From Bacillota bacterium (GTDB taxonomy: Bacteria; Bacillota; JAAYKD01): a stretch of DNA of 64,000 bases. The notes beneath the pieces were generated by a model. The model made no database searches. It saw only the letters and a program-made list of their open reading frames with translations, and was not told where the DNA came from. Below are positions 60,458-64,000 of the stretch, one piece after another. The DNA is taken from positions 2,838,650-2,902,649 of the forward strand of contig OY762825.2 of assembly GCA_963666425.2 (NCBI GenBank), written 5' to 3'. Positions within the stretch are counted from its first letter, which is position 1. Each line of letters begins with the position of its first letter. A program made the position numbers and the translations under genes.

Positions 60458-60679
60458 GCTGACTGGTCTCGTATAGTAATAAGACATTGGTACTGGTAGT
60501 CTGGATGCTGAGTAAACTATGCTTTACATCGGATAAAAACTGGACTTCCTGATGGAGTTGTACGATAATTCAATTTTTAATTTAAGCACTAATCTCGAAA
60601 AATGAGAAACTTGGCTTACGGTTCCAAATGATACAAGCGAAAGACGTCAACCCTCCAACGTGCTTGTCTTTAATCATGC

Positions 60680-60728
60680 TTGACTTTTCTAATCTAGTTT
60701 GCTATACTTTGTATAACGATCGTTATAC
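60680..60728 (+). promoter_or_regulatory. Sigma-A promoter and perfect 18-bp palindromic TetR-type operator
   Basis: TTGACT-17-TATACT; GTATAACGATCGTTATAC. Confidence 0.78.
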
Positions 60729-60740
60729 GAGGAGCATCTG

Positions 60741-61295
60741 ATGAATGAAGTCAAACAAAAAATCATCCACGAAGCAGTAATACTATTCAATAAGAATGGC
60801 TATCATGGTACGTCTATGCGTGATATCATGCAATCGGTTGGGTGTACGCAACCAACACTGTATTACTATTTCAATAACAAGCGTGCTTTGCTGAAAGAAT
60901 CCGTGTTAGGTGAATTTCAAAGAATGATGAACCAGGTTATCGGGGATGTTGATATTTCTCTGCCTATAAAGGACATTTATGTCAGGGCAGTTATCAAACG
61001 TAAACATTTTTCGGATTATGAAAAACAGCTTTACAGTATTGCTGTAAAAGGTTGGTATCATTTGCTTGGCGATGAAGAGATCGAAGCTCCGCTATGTGCT
61101 TGGGTTCGTGAAAATATTGAAAAACGTAAAGATTTTCTGGCAAATTATATCGATGATCCAGTTAGGTTGGAATCCTTTACCGCTTTATTGATGCATGTTT
61201 TTCTAAATCTAACGGAACAGATTATCCTGAGAGACATCGATATTTCGGACGATGAAATTAACAGGCGTTTTACGATGCTCTTTGAGCTGATTTAA
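60741..61295 (+). CDS. TetR/AcrR regulator
   Basis: LFNKNGYHGTSMRDI...TLYYYFNNK. Confidence 0.92.
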   Translation: MNEVKQKIIHEAVILFNKNGYHGTSMRDIMQSVGCTQPTLYYYFNNKRALLKESVLGEFQRMMNQVIGDVDISLPIKDIYVRAVIKRKHFSDYEKQLYSIAVKGWYHLLGDEEIEAPLCAWVRENIEKRKDFLANYIDDPVRLESFTALLMHVFLNLTEQIILRDIDISDDEINRRFTMLFELI

Positions 61296-61341
61296 TTTCG
61301 CGGTGAGTCGCTTAATTAGAACTATTTAAGGAGGAAATATT

Positions 61342-61761
61342 ATGGCAAATTTAATTGTTGAAGTCAAAAAAACAGATAATAAGGTTCATTTTGAAGTTGT
61401 TTCCAAGATCAATTCGAGCAGGGCAATTCCCTTCGACTATGCACCTCCGCTTGGAAATGGGCAAGGTTTTTCTGGCCTGGAGATTTTGCTCATGAGCTTT
61501 GCGGGATGTGTCAGTACTACCGTCGTTTTCCTCTTAGGAAGATCCGGCAAGCATATCACATCCTATACAGCATCTGTAGAAGGAATTCGTAATGAGCACC
61601 CACTATCGCTGAAAGAGATCCAATTCCATATTTGCATTGAATCGGAAGACATTAAGAGAACAGACATGGAAAATGCAATCAAACAGGCAGAGACCATTTC
61701 TCCAGTATGGTTGGCTGTAAAGAATAACATAACGGTTGTTATAACTTCTGAGCTATTGTAA
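61342..61761 (+). CDS. OsmC-family protein
   Basis: G.SGLEILLMSFAGC...SPV. Confidence 0.8.
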   Translation: MANLIVEVKKTDNKVHFEVVSKINSSRAIPFDYAPPLGNGQGFSGLEILLMSFAGCVSTTVVFLLGRSGKHITSYTASVEGIRNEHPLSLKEIQFHICIESEDIKRTDMENAIKQAETISPVWLAVKNNITVVITSELL

Positions 61762-61884
61762 CTTCAATTTATCACAAAATCAATTTAATATCGGGATGCT
61801 TTTGAACCGGTCAGCTTCAGATACTGCCAGGAAGAGCAGACTAAAACTGATTGGGAAGGAAGCAAGTTGTTTATATAAAATTAC

Positions 61885-61927
61885 AAGCCCTGTTACTGCA
61901 GATCGATAGGATGCAGTAGCAGGGCTT
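61885..61927. terminator. Hairpin between convergent osmC-like and ABC-F genes
   Basis: AAGCCCTGTTACTGCA...TGCAGTAGCAGGGCTT. Confidence 0.65.
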
Positions 61928-61930
61928 AGA

Positions 61931-63535
61931 TTATGCATGAAGATTCAATTCCAGATACTCGTCATACGACATTTTTCTGTCGATGATGCCATCTGGCGTG
62001 ATTTCAATGATGCGGTTGGCGATGGTTTGCACAAATTCATGATCGTGGGAGGCAAAGAGGAGGGTACCGGAAAAGTTAATCAAGCCATCGTTGAGTGAGG
62101 TGATCGATTCCAGATCCAGGTGATTGGTCGGCTCATCCAAGATGAGAACATTGGCATTGCTGAGCATCATCTTACATAACATACAACGGACTTTTTCACC
62201 GCCGGAGAGAACACATGCTTCTTTTTGAGATTCTTCGCCGGAAAATAACATTCTGCCCAAATAACCTCTGATGAAGCTTTCTGCCTGTTCCACGGAAAAC
62301 TGACGCATCCAATCCACAAGATTGAGCGAAACATTTTGAAAGAACTCGGTATTGTCCTTTGGGAAGTAAGCTTGAGAAGTCGTAACCCCCCATTTGAATT
62401 CGCCGCTGTCTGCTGTCAGCTCATTCATTAGGATTTTAAACAGTGTCGTCTTTGCCTGTTCATTTGTCCCTACCAAGGCGACCTTATCGCCTTTATCCAG
62501 CTTAAAGCTGATCTGATTCAAAAACGTTTGTCCGTCTAGCGTTTTCGTCAGATTTTCTACGGTTAAAAGTTCGTTGCCGGCTTCTCTTTCGGGTTTGAAA
62601 CCTACATAAGGATATTTTCTGGAGGAAGGCTTGATATCTTCAATCGTTAGTTTCTCCAGTTGCTTTTTTCGGGAGGTAGCTTGTTTTGATTTGGAGGCAT
62701 TGGCGCTGAAACGGTCAATAAAGTCCTGCAAATCTTTGCGCTTTTCTTCCACTTTTTTGTTTTGATCACGCTGCATTTGCAGCGCTAACTGGCTGGAGTG
62801 ATACCAAAAATCATAATTGCCATTGTAAATTTGGATTTTGCCATAGTCAACATCCGCAATGTGTGTACATACTCTATTGAGAAAATGTCGATCATGTGAA
62901 ACCACAATGACAGTGCTTTCAAAATTGGAGAGGAAATTTTCTAACCAGGTGATCGCTTTCAGGTCCAGATGGTTTGTTGGTTCATCCAGCAGCAAGATGT
63001 CTGGCTGACCAAATAAAGCCTGAGCCAATAAAACCTTAACTTTTTCATCGCCATTCAATTCTTTCATCAGCTTGTGATGCAAAACTTCCACTAAACCCAG
63101 TCCTGTTAGAAGTGAGGCAGCTTCCGCTTCTGCTTCCCAGCCGTGCAGCTCATCGAACTCAAATTCCAATTCCGCAGCTTTGATGCCATCTTCATCGGTA
63201 AATTCTGCTTTCCCGTAGAGCACATCTTTTTCTTGCATCAGCTGAAAAAGTCTTACATGTCCCATGATGACCGTTTGCATGACTTCGAACTCATCAAATT
63301 CAAAATGATCCTGTTTCAGAACAGCTAAGCGCTCGCCGGGGGTTATGAGGATTTCGCCCTGGTTTGGCTCAATTTCTCCTGTCAATATTTTGAGAAATGT
63401 AGATTTTCCGGCTCCGTTGGCGCCAATTAAGCCGTAGCAGTTGCCGGGTGTAAATTTAATACTCACATTATCGAACAATTTGCGGCCGCCATATCTTAAA
63501 CTCACATTGCTTGTACTAATCACTGATCCATCCAC
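61931..63535 (-). CDS. ABC-F ATPase (YbiT/YkpA type)
   Basis: GANGAGKST, two LDEPTNHLD, FSANASKSKQATSRKK linker, LSGGEKVRCML. Confidence 0.92.
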   Translation of the reverse strand: MDGSVISTSNVSLRYGGRKLFDNVSIKFTPGNCYGLIGANGAGKSTFLKILTGEIEPNQGEILITPGERLAVLKQDHFEFDEFEVMQTVIMGHVRLFQLMQEKDVLYGKAEFTDEDGIKAAELEFEFDELHGWEAEAEAASLLTGLGLVEVLHHKLMKELNGDEKVKVLLAQALFGQPDILLLDEPTNHLDLKAITWLENFLSNFESTVIVVSHDRHFLNRVCTHIADVDYGKIQIYNGNYDFWYHSSQLALQMQRDQNKKVEEKRKDLQDFIDRFSANASKSKQATSRKKQLEKLTIEDIKPSSRKYPYVGFKPEREAGNELLTVENLTKTLDGQTFLNQISFKLDKGDKVALVGTNEQAKTTLFKILMNELTADSGEFKWGVTTSQAYFPKDNTEFFQNVSLNLVDWMRQFSVEQAESFIRGYLGRMLFSGEESQKEACVLSGGEKVRCMLCKMMLSNANVLILDEPTNHLDLESITSLNDGLINFSGTLLFASHDHEFVQTIANRIIEITPDGIIDRKMSYDEYLELNLHA

Positions 63536-63605
63536 CTTATAGTTAATAGTTTCAATTTTTAACTGAACTTTTATATTATATCACATCTTCAGCAATAAAT
63601 CTAGC

Positions 63606-63634
63606 TGTGCCAACACCCCCGTCCCCTTGGCACA
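63606..63634 (-). repeat. Inverted 29-bp site copy (perfect consensus on minus strand)
   Basis: TGTGCCAACACCCCCGTCCCCTTGGCACA. Confidence 0.95.
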
Positions 63635-63683
63635 CAGCAGAGCAAACTCTTAAAACAATGCGAGTTTCGGTTCAATTCTGTTC

Positions 63684-63733
63684 TTGACCTATTAGGTAAA
63701 TATTGATATAATCTTCTTGACCTAATAGGTCAA
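63684..63733 (+). promoter_or_regulatory. Sigma-A promoter with two TTGACCTA.TAGGT(C/A)AA palindromic operators
   Basis: TTGACC-17-TATAAT; operators at 63684-63700 and 63717-63733. Confidence 0.78.
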
Positions 63734-63762
63734 AAAGAAGCAGCGTGTAGAAAGGAGCGGCA

Positions 63763-64000
63763 ATGATGCCGACGAAATTATTGGATTTAGAGCCTCAAAG
63801 GCGGGATGCAATCCTGAACGCGGCCTTAAAGGAGTTTGTCACGAACGGATTCGATCATGCGTCAACAAATATCATAGCAAAAGCAACCGGCATGTCAAAA
63901 GCATTGATGTTCCATTATGTCAATAATAAAAAAGATCTTTTTCTCTTCACCTACGACTATTTTACTGAGCTCATGGACAGAGAATATTTCGACTTAATAG
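63763..64000 (+). CDS. TetR/AcrR regulator, runs off the window
   Basis: RDAILNAALKEF..NGFDHASTNIIAK..GMSKALMFHY..NKKDLF; RBS AAAGGAG. Confidence 0.88.
   Translation, partial: MMPTKLLDLEPQRRDAILNAALKEFVTNGFDHASTNIIAKATGMSKALMFHYVNNKKDLFLFTYDYFTELMDREYFDLI

Noticed and set aside
404-63328. Numerous 60-180-aa antisense or overlapping ORFs in the supplied track
   Set aside because: They overlap well-supported genes and have no recognisable motifs or RBS; shadow ORFs.
61931-63535. ABC-F as an antibiotic-resistance (ARE) gene
   Set aside because: The linker FSANASKSKQATSRKK and overall sequence fit the housekeeping YbiT/YkpA subfamily.
2808-63634. 29-bp repeat as a CRISPR array
   Set aside because: Repeat length fits, but the intervals are 0.7-6 kb and contain whole genes; no cas genes are visible.
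2808-63634. 29-bp repeat as classical integron attC or XerCD dif/pdif sites
   Set aside because: Too short for attC and lacks RYYYAAC...GTTRRRY ends; no IntI in the window. No resemblance to the AT-rich dif 11-6-11 consensus, and orientation does not alternate as in pdif modules.
2808-63634. 29-bp repeat as an ordinary intrinsic terminator
   Set aside because: The loop is conserved while the left stem arm is often mismatched. Most copies lack a U-tract, three lie inside ORFs, and separate terminator-like hairpins occur beside some copies (44714, 55195, 60386).

Overview
A 64-kb accessory region from what looks like a low-GC Gram-positive anaerobe (Bacillota/Clostridia-like promoters, RBSs and gene families; inferred). 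It is packed with small, mostly + strand, functionally unrelated genes: about 10 GNAT acetyltransferases, HAD and NUDIX hydrolases, P-loop kinases, an Arr rifampin ADP-ribosyltransferase, a macrolide-type glycosyltransferase, TetR regulators and redox proteins. It also holds a complete IS21, an IS1182 and many gene fragments. The main unexplained structure is a 29-bp site, consensus TGT(G/T)CCA(A/G)GGGGACGGGGGTGTTGGCACA (8-bp inverted arms around a 13-nt G-rich core). I found 24 copies by eye (23 on +, 1 inverted, three of them degenerate), spaced about 0.7-6 kb apart. Thirteen abut or overlap a gene 3' end. Others mark the breakpoints of duplications (a two-gene block, the pyrF 3' end) or of gene truncations (AbiEii toxin, an ATPase). 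Several are followed by a shared, diverged 100-190-bp leader. The best reading is an integron-like gene-cassette array built on a recombination site that is neither attC nor dif. No intact candidate recombinase is visible in this window, so the mechanism is inference.
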